Assembly: GCA_943359365.1 (NCBI GenBank)
Contig: CALRHG010000003.1
Span: forward strand, 1 to 41,773
Length of the DNA stretch: 41,773 nucleotides
Origin: Candidatus Nomurabacteria bacterium
GTDB lineage: Bacteria > Patescibacteriota > Minisyncoccia > Phycocordibacterales > UBA9973
Reading direction: 5' to 3'
Both the position numbers and the translations under genes were made by a program. Every line of letters starts with the position of its first letter. Position 1 is the stretch's first letter. The notes under the pieces are model-generated. The model saw only the letters and a list, made by a program, of their open reading frames with translations, was not told where the DNA came from and did no database searches. Positions 39,829 to 41,773 of the stretch are shown piece after piece.

Positions 39829-41040
39829 TTATTCCCCGATGATGACAATAACCACCGTTTCATTATGAAAAGCCGAATTGCATTTTTCAATATTGCGAAC
39901 TTCCCCGCCAAGAGGCGCCTGTTCGCCGTAAGTATAAAAACCGATGAGCGGAACTTTGTTGCCGATGACTTGCTGAATCGCGCTGATTTCGTCGCCGGAT
40001 TTATTTCCGAAAAGTTTGTTGCGGGCGATGCAATTGAAAATGACCACTGCTTTCGGACTCCCGCCGTCGAGCTGCTTCATCGCATCTTCTGCCGCAATCT
40101 TCGCCACTTTCACCGCCTCTTCGCGACTGCCTACCATCAGACGAATTTCAGAACCTTCTGGAATTTCCGCCGCGCAAGTAATCGAACCCTCTTTGTTGAC
40201 CGTAATCGGGTCGCGGATGAGGAGCTCGTCGCTGCCTTCCACTTTCATGCCGAGCGGATAAGTGACCGCAAGCTTTGCCAGCGTCTCGGTGCGGAGCACT
40301 TTCGCTTCCTCCTCGCCGAAATAATCTTCGTAAATTTTTATCGCCGGAGCGCCATTGATCTCATGCACGACTGCGCCTTCGGACTTGGTGACCTTCATCG
40401 GTTCGCCGACAGGAATCCAGCCATGTTTCACCCCGATACCGATTTTGAAATTGCCGGCCATGCCAAGGCCTACTATCGCGCCAGAATACACTTTATCATT
40501 CATGTACTGATATGTTTTTTTGAAAAGAAAATCATCGCCCGAAGCCCCGCCCACCACCGGAAAATGCGCGCCCAGAGAATCCAACACTCCGAGAACGGTG
40601 TCGGCTCCGTTGCCCGCAAGCACATCCGGTATCATCATAAAAGCTTTAAGGCCATCTTTCGCCTGTTCTTTTACTTTATCGGCCGCGACTTTTCCGGCCG
40701 CACGCGGACCCGCCGCGATATTTTCTCCGACACCAACGAAATATTTTATATCCGGAGACTTAATAGCCATAATGGTGACAGACCGATGCAATTTAATAGG
40801 TCCCGTCGTATTGATCTCTCCGGAAGTCGATGAGCCGATGAGGATCGCACTTTTGTTCACTGATCGAATCCCGTCAAGCATCTTCTGCTGGTCGAATTTA
40901 ATTGAAGCAAAAACAATCAGAAGATCCGGACTCCTGTCGCCTAATTGTTCCAGCGCATCTTCGCACGCATTCACTCCGACCGCATAAGAATCATCCCCAT
41001 AAGCCGTACCCACACTCGCTTTTATTCCTTGTTCACTCAT
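39829..41040 (-). CDS. FIST-domain signal transduction protein
   Basis: GSSTSGEI, VGGASGD, HGW.P.G, EINGAPA, FNCIAR, GFYTYGE, HNET. Confidence 0.88.
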   Translation of the reverse strand: MSEQGIKASVGTAYGDDSYAVGVNACEDALEQLGDRSPDLLIVFASIKFDQQKMLDGIRSVNKSAILIGSSTSGEINTTGPIKLHRSVTIMAIKSPDIKYFVGVGENIAAGPRAAGKVAADKVKEQAKDGLKAFMMIPDVLAGNGADTVLGVLDSLGAHFPVVGGASGDDFLFKKTYQYMNDKVYSGAIVGLGMAGNFKIGIGVKHGWIPVGEPMKVTKSEGAVVHEINGAPAIKIYEDYFGEEEAKVLRTETLAKLAVTYPLGMKVEGSDELLIRDPITVNKEGSITCAAEIPEGSEIRLMVGSREEAVKVAKIAAEDAMKQLDGGSPKAVVIFNCIARNKLFGNKSGDEISAIQQVIGNKVPLIGFYTYGEQAPLGGEVRNIEKCNSAFHNETVVIVIIGE

Positions 41041-41126
41041 AAAAATAAATAGTTAATTTGTAACTGCTTAATTATACAACTATCGGCAAATACTAACAAC
41101 ACTCACCCATATACGTATATAAATAC

Positions 41127-41456
41127 TTATATATTTCCCCCATACATTTCCTTTTTTATTTTTTGCAACTCGGCGATTGTTTTTGGATCGGTAATTTTTA
41201 GAAAGCGGGCGAATTTTTTGCCTTCTTTGGCGACATCTTCCATGAACATTCCGATGGGCCGAATATCGAAAAGTTTTCCGGCCTTGTAGACCGAGGATTC
41301 ATATAGAGGGCGATACACTACGAAATATTTTCCCTCTTCTTCCGTATGATGCCCGACGCCGACGACTTCGTAGGCGTAGTTATTTACCGGCCCTTTTGGA
41401 TCATGCTTGTAATGATAATAGAAGCCTTTTTCGGGAATTTTGTTTGGAGCTTTCAT
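41127..41456 (-). CDS. DUF1653 family protein
   Basis: YYHYK, YEVVGVGHHTE, VVYRPLY, RP..MF, RF. Confidence 0.8.
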   Translation of the reverse strand: MKAPNKIPEKGFYYHYKHDPKGPVNNYAYEVVGVGHHTEEEGKYFVVYRPLYESSVYKAGKLFDIRPIGMFMEDVAKEGKKFARFLKITDPKTIAELQKIKKEMYGGNI

Positions 41457-41498
41457 AAATTAAATTATATCACTAAGCAGGTTCAAACTTTGTCCAAC

Positions 41499-41590
41499 TG
41501 GCGGAGCCGGGCGGATTCGAACCGCCGAGGGGTTTTGAAGCCCCTGCCTCTTTAGCAAAGAGGTACGTTAGACCGCTCTGACACGGCTCC
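41499..41590 (-). tRNA. tRNA-Ser(GCT)
   Basis: Acceptor GGAGCCG/CGGCTCC-G-CCA; anticodon arm CCTCT-TTGCTAA-AGAGG; long variable arm. Confidence 0.95.
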
Positions 41591-41680
41591 ATATGTAATC
41601 AATTACGTAATTAATTACTTAATTACTCTAGCATACTCGCACCTTTTTTCCATTTTTTGTGTTAAACTCCCAATGTATTT

Positions 41681-41770
41681 GGACAGATGGGTGAGTGGTT
41701 TAAACCAGCGGTTTACTAAACCGCCGTTCCCTTAAAAGAACCGTGGGTTCGAATCCCACTCTGTCCGCCA
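41681..41770 (+). tRNA. tRNA-Ser(ACT)
   Basis: Acceptor GGACAGA/TCTGTCC-G-CCA; anticodon arm GCGGT-TTACTAA-ACCGC; long variable arm; GTTCGAA T-loop. Confidence 0.9.
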
Positions 41771-41773
41771 AAA

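Noticed and set aside
39865-40833. 322-aa plus-strand ORF
   Set aside because: Entirely antisense to the FIST gene, no recognisable motifs.

Overview
Gene-dense, AT-rich bacterial chromosome segment using the standard code (TGA acts as stop). Gene content and shortened housekeeping proteins suggest a Patescibacteria/CPR (Parcubacteria-like) genome, which is an inference. Left part: housekeeping genes (short smc, rnc, nusB-Nudix fusion, rpmF, thrS, gyrB, pheS/pheT, trhO-like rhodanese, UvrD-nuclease fusion, truB, tRNA-Ser, ligA). Middle: a ~14 kb type IV pilus/competence cluster (pilM/N/O-like, pilB, pilT, pilC, pilD, four pilins, four minor pilins, a lone receiver protein, comF) interrupted by a Y1/RAYT-type transposase with three 17-bp palindromes. 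Right part: a DedA-GT4-hydrolase-sphingomyelin-synthase-like membrane locus, an ATP-grasp protein, a FIST/histidine kinase/double-receiver module, DUF1653 and two more tRNA-Ser genes, one with the rare ACT anticodon. The strongest unexplained structure is between pheT and gyrB (8835-9672, minus strand). It looks like a self-contained unit with a promoter, two successive Leu(CUY)-rich leader peptides, a terminator/antiterminator switch and an RBS-sequestering switch, controlling an unknown 107-aa protein. Other notable signals are an SMC with a CPTC zinc-hook-like motif where the hinge should be, many in-frame palindromes inside essential genes, DnaA boxes at pilus promoters and widespread leaderless promoters. 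All calls are by eye; no searches or folding programs were run.
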